This document shows positions 22,101 to 33,315 of a stretch of 64,000 nucleotides of DNA, piece by piece (within the stretch, counting starts at the first letter, position 1; each line of letters opens with the position of its first letter). A model generated the notes under the pieces. That model saw only the letters and a program-made list of their open reading frames with translations. It was not told the DNA's origin and did not search any database. Both the position numbers and the translations under genes were made by a program. The DNA lies in the NCBI GenBank assembly GCA_973895155.1, contig OZ316898.1:2765927-2829926 (forward strand). The letters are read 5' to 3'. The DNA is from Marsupella aquatica (Eukaryota > Plantae > Marchantiophyta).

Positions 22101-25100
22101 ACTTACTGTGTAGAAAGTATATCCACACATACCTTGAGTAATCGTCAATGAACGTGACATAGTATAACCGTCCAAAATGTGAGGGAGTAGGAGCTGGACC
22201 CCACACATCACTATGTACATACTCAAGTACCTCCTTGCTGGTGTGAGTTCCAACTCCGAAGGGTTTCCTGTGTTGTTTCCTAAGCACACAATGCTCATAA
22301 AATTCCAACTTACAAGATTGCAAATTAGAAAGTAATCCTTTCCTCTGAAGAATAACCAAACCTTTTTCACTCATGTGGCCCAAACGAAAGTGCCACAGTC
22401 GGGCCGTCTCCTCATGAGATAAGGCTACATTGGCTTCATCACAAATTACACTGCCCTCCAAAACATATAGATTGCTATGTCTATTTCCCTTCAATACAAC
22501 TTTAGTACCAGTTGAAACCTGAAGGACACCATTAACAGAACTTCACTGATGGCCATTTGTTTCTAAAACTCCAAGTGAAATGAGATTTTTCATCATGCTG
22601 GGAATATGTCTCACATTCCTCAACGTTCTTACTGCATCATCAAACATCTAAAATCTTACAGATCCAAGTCCAACAACTTGACATGGGATTCCATTTCCCA
22701 TCAACATTGACCCGTTGGAAACCGTGTAAGAATTGAAAAAATCTCTCCTAGAGCAAATGTGAAAAGTACATGCACTATCTAGAATCGAGTCATTACTACC
22801 TGGATTTGACACTACGTTAAGAGCATAACCTTGGTATCACAATATGTCATCATCATCGAGTAAATTTACCTCATGCGAGCTTGATGCCGCGTTAGCAGAT
22901 GCAATAGGGACCTTTACTCGACAATCTCTTTTCACATGGCCAGGCTTGCCACAATTCCAACATGCAAGAGGCTTCCTCTCTTGCGATTTCCCTCTGGATT
23001 TAGATCTCCCCCGTGATATAGATCTAAATTTGTTCTGCCCATTTGTGCGCTGCGCTGCTCTCCCACGGTTCACGTTCAGCGTAGTGCCAGAAGAAGATGT
23101 TGTTTGTGATTGACCTAGCTTCTTCTGAGCATCATCAGACAGTAAAGAGCTCACCACCTCATTATATGAAATGGACTTCATATCTCTATACAAGAGCACC
23201 TATTTCAAGCCCTGATATGACGGTGATAAGGAGCTTAGCAGAAGCAAGACCTTATCCTCATCTTCAACTCCTTTTCCTAGGTTTGGCAAATCCACCGCTA
23301 GACTGTCAAACTCATCCAGGTGATCCTGCATCTTGCTCCCTTCCTTGAGCCTGAGGCTCATCAAGAGGGACTTCTTGTACAGTAGGTCTGACGCATCTTC
23401 CCGGTAGTACTTCTCTCTTAGAGCCTTGAAAAGTGACGCACAATACGCATAATCATCCAGCTGCTTGATGATGTGCGGCTTGAGATAAAGCATCACTGTA
23501 TTAACAACAATCACATGCTCCTGTCTCCACTGCTTCTTTGAGATCTCCTCCTCTCCATCATACTGCTCTCGCGAAGAGAGCAGATGAGCTAAGTCCATGG
23601 CCCGAAGGACACCCTTCACTTGCTTCTCCGACAGCAAGTAATCAGTATGACCATCGTACTTCTCCACCTCAAACTTCACTCCTCCAAATCTAGCCATCTC
23701 CCTCTTCTTCCCCACTGCCAACAACTCTGGTAGTCCCGCTGGTAGTAACACAACTTCCTCCACTGCATGCTGCACCGATGATCGTACTGGTGTCACAAGT
23801 TCCTCCTCAAACGATAGCAGCTCCTCCTCAGACTCACCGTCTGATCGTCGCGATCCTGAAGCTCTACCGACGCCAATTCTTCCGGTATCCTCTGAGTCAC
23901 TCATATGAAACAATCACGAAAAAAACTTTTTTTTCAAAACTTCTCACAAAACTCAACTCAACACCGCCGCGTAGCCCACAAAGCTAGGAGTCCAATACTG
24001 AAAACCGAAATCAAAATCAAAATTCAACGAAAACGTTATTCAAATTTCGGTCGGGTGGGTAAAACCTTGGGAAACTCCCCCGTTTTGACCACCTCGGAGA
24101 ATAACCAAAATACCCAGTACAACCCGTCGTCGGAATCGGGATGTGATTGGTGGGCCGCGTTGCTAACTCCAGTGGCAATGTACCTGCCGAAAAAGAACCA
24201 AAAAAGTTACCATTTGGCAGACAAAATCTTTGTCGGACGGCCAAAAAATAGCTCTCTATTTTTTGGGAATATTCTCACACAGTCCAACAGGTCTCACAGG
24301 GGGCCGTTCCCCTTGTCAGAGCAGTTAAAACGGAGGGTCACCGGTCCCGGCACAAGAGGAAAAGCAAGAGGAAAGAAAATGGCTTAAAATAGGTCCTTAA
24401 GGAGGTCCAAATGCTCTTTAAAAAGAAAAATACCCCCCGTATGCCCGTGGCAGTATTATGGCGGCTGCATACGTAGCCACGTATGCATTAGTATGGTCGG
24501 GGGCGTTACGGGAGTTACGCGAGGCAGGGGGCGGGGACAAGTCCCGGCTCGGCAGGGCCGGCCTAAGGAGGTCGTCGGCTGTCTAAGTGGTCACGGGGGT
24601 TAAAGGGGCCGAGGCACGGGCGCTTAAGGCAGGGAGTCCTCCCGAAAAAAAAAACTACGTGTGTATACACATGGAAAAAATCTGCCCTAAAGTAACCCAA
24701 AAACAAATGTCGTTTTAAGGGAAAAAATGTTGGTTACTCACTTAAACCGTCGCCGTTTCCAATGAGAAAACAACAAGTTACCGACGGGATTTGTTGTCGA
24801 ATCACACCGGCATCGTCTGCAACTCTAGCACTGTAAAAGCTTTCCGTCGTGTCGTCTTCACTCCGCGTCAAGGGCCAATCCCGGGCTCAAAACGACCGCC
24901 TTGCCGCGATCAAATTGTTTAGCCGTGGCACTCCGCGTCTCTTCCACCGAGTCGGATGTCACGAAGAGAAACCCGGTTCAAATGTGAACAAGCTCCATAG
25001 CTTGTGAAAAAACCTGAACGCCTCCTTCACTCGTCACGTCGCACTCGATAACAACTCGACAGCAACTCAGCTACCAAAACGACCAGCTCGCTTCAACCTT

Positions 25101-25759
25101 CAACATAAGCTATAATGTGCGATCCCTCCCGCACAGCACAACTCACACCGTTGAAAAATGCGAACTCTGGTCTCTCCCCCGAAAAGCCGTCGAACATGAA
25201 TAAACCCTGAACGATGCAAACTTCAATTCCTCCGCACCACGGATACCGATCAACGAGTTCTAACCACTGTTAGAAAGCCCTCTCACTAACCTATCCGCTC
25301 AGCCACACACATTCGAGTTTCATGCGACAAAACTTTGAATGTGCCACCGACAATGAACGCTGGAAAACCCGTCACGAAAAAACCTCGTCACCTCCCAGGC
25401 ATGCTCTGATACCACTTGTTGAGCATAGACGACATTCACAACGGCAAGCCCATGAACCATCCAACGCACAAGAGTCGACATAGAGAGATACGTGGTTCAC
25501 CTCCACATGAGGCTACGTCCACGGGAACACACAAGAGCTTTACTACACTCTAGGCCAACCGGCCATACCAAGCATCCATAGCACAAGCTCTCCCTATCTC
25601 TCAACTAGCTTCGTAACAATGAGCCTAAGTTCCACCAGGGTCTGGCATCAGCTTGGCTATATGCACAACAGCACTACCGCTAACATTAGCTAAGTCCTAA
25701 CCCGAGTTAGCCTAACTGAGGTTAGCTCATGAATCACAAGACTAGAGCAATATCTAACA
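19103..25759 (-). mobile_element. Full-length but disabled Ty1/copia LTR retrotransposon (Tnt1/Tork-like), 6657 bp
   Basis: LTRs at 19103-19445 and 25417-25759 (343 bp, TG..CA), TSD TTCTC, tRNA-iMet PBS TGGTATCAGAGC (25403-25414) and PPT AAGGGGGAG next to the 3' LTR. Domain order: gag (KFEVEKYDG; CWNCGKPGHVKRDC), protease (ILDSACTFHIC), integrase (LWHFRLGH, VHSDVWGP), RT (LYGLKQSPRQW, YVDDML), RNase H (KHIDIRYHFIR). Confidence 0.97.
19652..23904 (-). pseudogene. Copia gag-pol polyprotein broken by several stops and frameshifts
   Basis: Colinear ORF fragments 23200-23913, 22837-23199, 22078-22494, 22023-22370, 21369-21890, 21040-21345, 20136-20819 and 19652-20170. Confidence 0.93.
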
Positions 25760-25879
25760 TTCTCTTGGGGCCCATTCCATACAACAATGTTCTTGTGAAA
25801 AAGTTTATCAGGTTGCATATGTAATTTAATAACATTGAAAGGTAATTGTGTAGTGCAAGGATCAAGCAAGCACCAAAGC

Positions 25880-26260
25880 CCTTGGCTGCAAGGGAGCACC
25901 CAAGTGCTACCTCCCAACTTGCTTGAATACCAATGGTATTCTGGCTATTGTATTCAAGCAATAAGTGAAGGGTCTTACAACCGCATCCAAGCTGACATTG
26001 AAGCACCCAAGCCTTGTCTCCCTTGGCTATATACATTGTGACTATTATATTCAAATTACAAATGAAGGATCGGGCATCCAAGAATTTAAGGGTAGTTTAT
26101 CATCTTGGTTGAACACATTGTGACTATTGTATTCAAATTACAACTGATGGGTCTTATGGCCACATCGGAGCACCCAAGGGCCATAGCGCCACCTCCCAAC
26201 TAGGTTCAATACTTTGTGGCTATTGTATCCAAACTATAAAGCATGATTGCATTGAAGCAT
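25880..26260. repeat. Degenerate ~80-100-bp tandem array (about 4 units)
   Basis: (g/t)g.ctatt(g/a)tat(t/c)caa recurs at ~25943, 26039, 26121 and 26218. gcacccaag and acctcccaact also recur. Confidence 0.75.
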
Positions 26261-28569
26261 GCAAGCGTCGTAGACACGTTCTAATTGCAACATTCTATAT
26301 TATGCATGGCAAACAGTTCATTTGACATTGCAGCGTAGTTGACCGCATTTGGCGACGTGGTCGTACACCCAACAACAGTAGAACCTCCTCCATTTTATAA
26401 ATGTTTGCTTGTGTTATAAGGACTGTACATCGTGTAACAAGAATTTCTGACACAATATGGTACCTCCAATGGGCCCAGGGATACACTAAAAAGAAAATCC
26501 ATCTTTTGGTCGATCAAGAGAAAAACATTTGTTTAGAGGTACACTAAGTATACTCCTCTAATCTAGTGAAAGTACACTATGATTTGAAAGTACCCAAAAT
26601 AAACTAAGTGGTATTTTGCCCCCGACTTATCACATGGTCCTGTGTACTATAGATAGTTAATGTATCTGGTTATGGACTTGGTGTGAGTGCAACAATGTGC
26701 ATGTTTGCAGCATTATTTAGAGAACATGTTGGAAAACTTTAAGCCTAAATGGAGATTTAAAAGTCCTCCAAATATATGAACATGTCTGCCAAATTTAAAG
26801 ACAAGACTTCCATGATCACAAAACAGTTGATGACTTGACTATTAAAATTGTAGTCCCAAGATGAAGAAGCTTCAATCGCCTGCAATAAAACATTGCTAAG
26901 TTGTTGGGACAACAGTACGAGCACAGGCATTTTCAAAAATGCAACTAGACTACTGAGAGGGTTGTCAAATCATCAACTCCTTTGTAACTGAAACAGTGCT
27001 TTTGAATTTGATGCAGCTGACCCCTTTTCTTTTCAGTGCAAAGTGGCTTATCATTTTGATTAATTGGATGGGCAGGGAAAATGTCTCAGGCCATCACAGA
27101 TTCTTTTATTGTAGTGAAAATCCTACTTTTGCAGGAGAAAACGCAAAGAGAAGAGCTTCAAAATGTGATGTTCAAGGAGGTGATGATGACAATTTTGTCA
27201 GATGCAAAAATCAATGGCAAATGTTGTTTTTGTGTTGACTCTTGTTAGTTGTCATCATCTTGTGAGCAGTTTGACTTCATCATTTTCTGAGGAATATTAG
27301 CAAACTCTTGCCATCATAATTAGATGTTGAAGTTTGGCTATTAGCAGGTCTAATATTGTGGTCGAAAAATGTCCCAGACTACAAATTTCTGTAGTAACAA
27401 AGTGCATTGATGGTGGTAACAAACTCACCATTTCATCAGGTTTATCAGACATGCCAAGTGCCTGTGTTTGACAACTACGGGATGGGAGGCAAATCTGGCA
27501 AAAACCTTTGTGTAAAAGAGTTGATTGTGGAATGTAAATTAATTTGCATAAACAGGCTATCCCAATCGACCAGTTTGTGGCCTCTATACCTACTTTGTGG
27601 ACTACACTAATCATTTAAAAAAAGGAAAGTAAACGGAAAGAAAGCATAGCTCTATGGAATATCAGGTAATTCAGATTCATTTAAGTTTGGAACAATACTC
27701 AGATCCAACTTTTCTCTCAACAATAGTAATTTGGTAAAAATCCAAATGCTCAAAGTCTATGAAAGTACTAGCATAAATTTCACCAAGAAAGACAAGCCCT
27801 CCACAAGAGCCAAAACATAGAAAACATGCACATTGGCAAATCCGAAGGATACTGTGGAATCATGACTACAGTAGACTTGTCGCGCTGTGATCGCTTATTG
27901 TTTGTATTGTCTACTTTGTCTTATTAAGATTTTTTATATGTATATTTGTTTCAATTTATTTTAGACAAGGTGGATCCTTTGTTAGAATATGTTGTTTTTA
28001 TATATAAGTTCAAGTGATATTAAATTAATTTTTCATACACTAATGGATCCCTAGACCCTAAGCTATCTCTTTCCAAGAGTGTGCTGAAATCCAAGGGGAT
28101 GTGAGAAACGTATATTTTGCCAACCTCCCTATTAACTATAGCTCAAAGTTCTATTTGCTAGGTTTATGGTTTTGAGTGACAGCTACCTAACTCATCATGA
28201 GATAAACATGAGAGACCGACCATTTCTTTGAGATGGATCCTCAATAATTTAGAAGCTAAAGACTTTCCCATTATAAAAATGACATATAAGGATAGAAGTG
28301 GGGCGAACATTTTGTAAAGGAATAAGCGGTGAGGAGAAGTTAGACACTTTGTCAACCATAACCAATTTGTTATTGCTTTAAAGTGGTTATGAAGAAAAAT
28401 TCACTCTAAAATAGAATGATTAATTATTCTTCTCAACATGTCAATTCTTTTTGAGGGGAAACAGTACAAGACAAACTATTTTACCTTTTCCCAAAAGATC
28501 TTCACACTTTTAGGTACCTTAAAAGTATTTTTCTCATTTATCTAGATACCATAGTCCTAAAAGCTTTTT

Positions 28570-28916
28570 ATTGCCGTTTGGGGGAGATTGCTTGAAGTTG
28601 GAGCAACCCTATTGTAGCAAGCCACACAACCATCATCTTCTTGCCATGTACTGTTCCCATACTCCTATGCCTTCCACACTACTACTAAAGAAACCTCGAA
28701 TAGTGGGAGAGAATCACGGAATTGACGTCCTGTTCGTAACATAGTGAATACCTTTGGAGAGTTACTTCTAACACACCATGTTCTATCTTGGAGCATCGGA
28801 GCATTCTTTGTTTTTACACTAATGGCACATCCAACGAGAAAGGTACTTGGTAGGAGTAGTAGAGTACTTAGAGATGCGTTTAAGCCCCTAATGTTACAGT
28901 GTATAGAGAAGTCCAT
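28570..28916 (-). mobile_element. Decayed L1-type LINE ORF2 N-terminus (APE endonuclease)
   Basis: MDFSIHCNIRGLNA...MLQD resembles the xNVRGLN...LQE motifs that start APE domains. Confidence 0.45.
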
Positions 28917-29894
28917 TTTGCACTCCAAAAAGCGAAAGCTTGAGCTCAAATTTTCAGGTGTTGGTATTACTTATAATAATTAAAATAAATAAATAATATA
29001 TAAAACATAATACCCAAGTAAGAGGACCATTTAAAACTTAATTAAAGACCTAGGAGAATTTCAGGTGTACACAATATTGTCAATTATATATCACGACTGA
29101 AATCAATTACCAACAATTATGAGCCTTGCCACCCTTAAATTTTACGAGTCTCAGCGAAGTAGCTGAGATGTGGCATTTGCATCTGTGAGATTGGTCGGCT
29201 TCATTGCCTTAGTCTGCTGCCCTCCCCCACTCACAGAAATTTGGCATCAAGCTTTACCTTCGGCAGCAAGCTTTGTCACTCTAAAGCTTTTGAGTAATTC
29301 CAAACTGATTAATATGCCAACATTGGAGCTAATTTAGACAATGGACCTTTGTTTGCGCTTCCACCTATGGTGATTGCGTTTGCCATCCCACTTGCTACCC
29401 TCCCACATTTGCCACTGTCCTTCCCCAAGTCAGATGCAATCCACAGACCAGTGCACCCCTGCAGGTTGTAGGCCCAAATGTGGCTTTGGTTATGTCTACA
29501 CATGAAAACTGTAAAGTAACTTTATCCTATTTTTCCTAAAGAAAAATCAAGGGAAGAGGAGCTTAAGGTTCCTTCTCCAAATGCCACCAAAGGGAAGGAG
29601 GGGGCGGCCCTGTCGTCAGGCCCACATTTAGGTACAAAAAGAGGGAGCGTGGGTAGGAGCAGGGGTCAAGCCTGGCATTGGGGCAGGGATAGACCCAGCC
29701 AGGGCTTCTTTCTGAAACACAAGGGGTTTTGTTGTTTGGTCTGCATTGGCTGAAAGTTGAGTGTGAGGAGAGAGCTGGGCTTCGGCCTGCCTTTGCACTC
29801 CATGAGGAAGCCAGCCCAATGCTTCCATATATTTCATAACAAGAATGAGCCGGCCCAGGTTCGGGCATTACTGGCCAGGGTTTGGCGTGGCCAA

Positions 29895-30065
29895 TAGGGC
29901 GTGTCAAAGTTCTCCCGGAACACTTTAGTTACGGCTTAATTTTTTTGGACGTACCACCCTTATGGGATATATATTTTGGTGACCAATAACAATTTTGTCC
30001 TGGCCATAAGTGCATTTTATGTCCTGAGCCATAACTCAGGTACAACTGTTCTTTGACACGCCCTA
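29895..30065. mobile_element. 171-bp hAT-like MITE
   Basis: Perfect 15-bp TIRs TAGGGCGTGTCAAAG / CTTTGACACGCCCTA. No intact 8-bp TSD (gtggccaa vs gtaagagc). Confidence 0.7.
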
Positions 30066-30257
30066 GTAAGAGCATACTACATGGTAAACATCCAATCCAG
30101 AATGACCTTGGGCTAAAGTATAAGGGTTAGAGTAGCCAATATCCAAAATGGGGTCAACATAAAAATCAAAATAGTTTGGGAATACGTTGACAATAAATGT
30201 GAACTCGAGGGACAGTTTAGTAGAAAACCATGATGCATCCACCCTCGTGCGTCCTAT

Positions 30258-31790
30258 TTGGCTCGGACACATCCCCCTACCGAGGATCTTTATCTACACC
30301 TCCGAGCGTTTGATGTCTCCATTCGTGAGACTTTGGCCTCTCTTTTAGGGCCAGGTATTTTGCTCTCATCTCCGTGGCTTCATCGACAGCTCAGTCTTCC
30401 TATTTCTCACGGTGGTTTTGGGCTTACTTCCACTGAGCGCCTTGCCCCTTTGGCCTTCTTGGGCGCGTGGGCGGCCGCCTTCTCATTGTTGGCAGATCGT
30501 TTCCTTACTGAGGATCGACCTTTTTTACTTTCGTCTCTCATGGAGGTCGAGGAGGGTTCCCTCCCATTTCAGGTTCATTTGCGCACGGCGCGGTCATCAT
30601 TACCCGATCCTGTTCGAGCTGCGTTACCTTCATTCCAGGAGTTTTTATCCTTGGACCCCGTTCGTCTTCAGGCAGACCTTGCTGGGCGTATGCACACTTT
30701 CACCCTCTCCAGCATCCTCACCAAGGCACCTGACACGGACCGAGCTCGGATTCTTTCTTCCGGAGGGAAGGGCGCAGGAGGCTTGCTTCAGGCCAATCCA
30801 ATCATTCCTCACCTGCGGATGTCTTCAGCGGAGTTTGCAACAGCCATGCGTCTTCGTATGGGCTTGCCCCACTCACTTCTTGCTGGTTTACCTCTTACTT
30901 GCACTTGTGGGAAGCCTTGTGATGCCACAGGTGTCCATCTTCTTTGATGCAGTTTGGGCGGCGAAACCAGTTTTGTTCACGACGCTGTGAGAGATGCGAC
31001 TGCTCAGGTTCTCTCTGGCTCTTTGGTCTGCGCGCGGCGGGAGGTGGTGCTCGAGTTACCTGGCCCTCCATCACAGCGGTTACGGGTGGATCTTACCATG
31101 GTCCGTGAAGGTCACCGTACTTTGGCAGATGTAGTGGTGGTAAACCCATTGCACCAAGACATCATTGGGACAGCGGCAACAACGGCAAGGGCAGAAGCAT
31201 CACGAGCAGCAACAACGAAGGAGGCCAAATATGCTGCACGAGCTTCATCTGATAGCTTCCTGCCCCTTGCTCTTGAGATATTTGGGCGTCTCCATTATCA
31301 GTTCGACGGGCTTCTTCGCCAAGCTGCTCGGGATGTTCACGGCCGGATGGGTCCCACCGGGCCCCGTTATCTGTTTTGACCACGCACTTTCGCCAACGCA
31401 TTTCAGTCACCTTACAGCGTGCTCAAGCTCGGACCGTCTATCGTCGATCTCTGACAGTGGGTGCTAGTGTGACTCCGCAACGGCTAGCCCCCCTAGAGGA
31501 CATTCCTGTCCCACTTGTCAATCTAGTTTCGACACTTGATGTAGACCACTAGCTTGTTGCCACATTTGCTAGGTATGATGAGGACCTCGGTCCATTTGCG
31601 GTAATTTTAGTTTCTCTTTCTTGGTTTTTAGGGGTTTCCTTTTGCTCACTTCTTTTAGTTCCTCTTTCTTGATTTTTAGGGTTTTTTTTTGCTCACTTCT
31701 TTTGTGTTTGGTTTTGTCCACTTGGGACCTCTCTTGTTTATTCTTTTGTATTCTATTTGGCCTTTTTCTGTAAAAATATGTGTATATATT
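30258..31790 (+). mobile_element. 5'-truncated CRE/R2-group non-LTR retrotransposon with CCHC knuckle and restriction-like endonuclease, subfamily A
   Basis: Motifs in order: LSLPISHGGFGL (post-RT thumb), LRMGLP, CTCGKPCDATGVHLL*C (zinc knuckle), VHDAVRD (RH motif), RVDL..LADVVVVNP (PD..D), KEAKY, FLPLALEIFGRL. After a frameshift it continues FRQRISVTLQRAQA...LEDIPVPLVNLVSTLDVDH* (stop 31550-31552), then a T-rich 3'UTR. Confidence 0.88.
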
Positions 31791-32299
31791 TTTTATATAT
31801 ATTTTTATTTATGGGTTATCCTATCCTATTTGACTTATAATTTTGCACACAATCGATGCCAATACGCTATGATCAATGAATGTTGAAACCATTCTATTAT
31901 CAATCAAAGAATCTTCCAAATTAATTCTCTATTCACGGATTTGCACGCTTTTCACGTGACCGGTCCTTACACCGAATTTTAAATGAATGGTATCGAATCC
32001 GACTATCGTTCAAAACAAACCAAAGTTTGAAGTGAAGGTGTAATGAAACGTTCCAAAGGCCATATGCGAGCAGCACCGCGTGGGAGAAAATATACAAGGG
32101 CCTTTGGCGCCGATAAATAAGATTAGAAAAAGACCGTCCAGCAGAAAAAGATGAAACAAATCTTTCAAGATTCCCACAAAACACATCAGATTCTCCCGAT
32201 CTTCCGATCTGCGGATCTGCGCCGTCTATCCCCGGGGCGAGCGATCGAAACTGCGCAGCTGGAGGAGAAAATAGACTCCGGAAGTGCGGAGTCACGTCA

Positions 32300-32449
32300 C
32301 TCTCTCCTCGAGCAATAATACGGAGGCGGAGGGATGCGAGAATGATGTGTCTTCGTCGTTCACCTCTCGACGAAGCTCGAGCTGTCCTTTGTTCATTTGT
32401 GCCTTCTTTCTGTCCGTCCAAAGTGTGAAGAAGAGAGGCAAACAGAGAG

Positions 32450-32483
<34 letters not shown>

Positions 32484-33315
32484 TTGCTGAATCATGTGAG
32501 CGAGCTTCCGAAGGGAGAGGAGAGCATTGGAGAGGAGAGGATATGGCGGTGAGACGGTGAAGAGGAGGGGAGGAAGAGGAGGAGGAGGAGGAAGAAGAGA
32601 GAGGGAGAGGAGAAGCGGAGAGAACAGATGTAAAGGTGTGCAAGAGCCTGGCGTCGTCGCATGCCGGCGCCATGGACAACCACGGGCGCGTGGCGTTGGC
32701 CTGACAAGGCGAGGAAATTCTTAATGGAGGACGGAGGTCACTGCGATCGATGATGGAGTGAATGACCGAAAAAGCCAAAAGAGAGGGAGAGGTGAAGAGA
32801 GACAGCGATATGCTGCCGCCGAATCTGAGAGTTGACGCCGCCGATTTGAGAAAGTGTGGAGTGGACGGGAAGCTGAGCGAGGAGGATGCCGAATGGTGGA
32901 GCGGTGATAGTAGTAGTGCAGCAGGCGTGCGTGGATCGGAACCCGCGGCCGATTCTGGATCCTGCTGCTGGATTGTGAGGTATAGTGGAGGTAGAGAGAG
33001 GAGAGTGGTGATCAGGGTCGGTGATCTGTAGACAGTAGTGTGACAGGAAGGGAGGGAGGGAGGGAGGGGAGGGGGAAGAAGAGAGCTTCGACTGGCTCCT
33101 GAGCTACGGTAGCAGGCGGGAGGCGACTTGTTGTTGGATCTTCCGTCGATTCTTCTTATTATTGGAAGGCAGTGTAGTGATGTCTTTGGACATCCTGGAG
33201 ATCCTGTCCTCATCGTGGCTCCAAAAGGCAGACGTTGGTCGGAGGTGAGCTGACAAAAGAGGGAGGGCGGCAGAGAGGAGAGACAATTTTGACTTCGTAT
33301 CGAGCAGGGCCGACC
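32300..33315 (+). promoter_or_regulatory. Long GA-rich 5' leader of SEC with several upstream ATGs
   Basis: (GA)n at 32453-32480, GGA tracts, and uORFs at 32342-32428, 32661-32753 and 32762-33031. The TSS cannot be determined from sequence. Confidence 0.5.
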
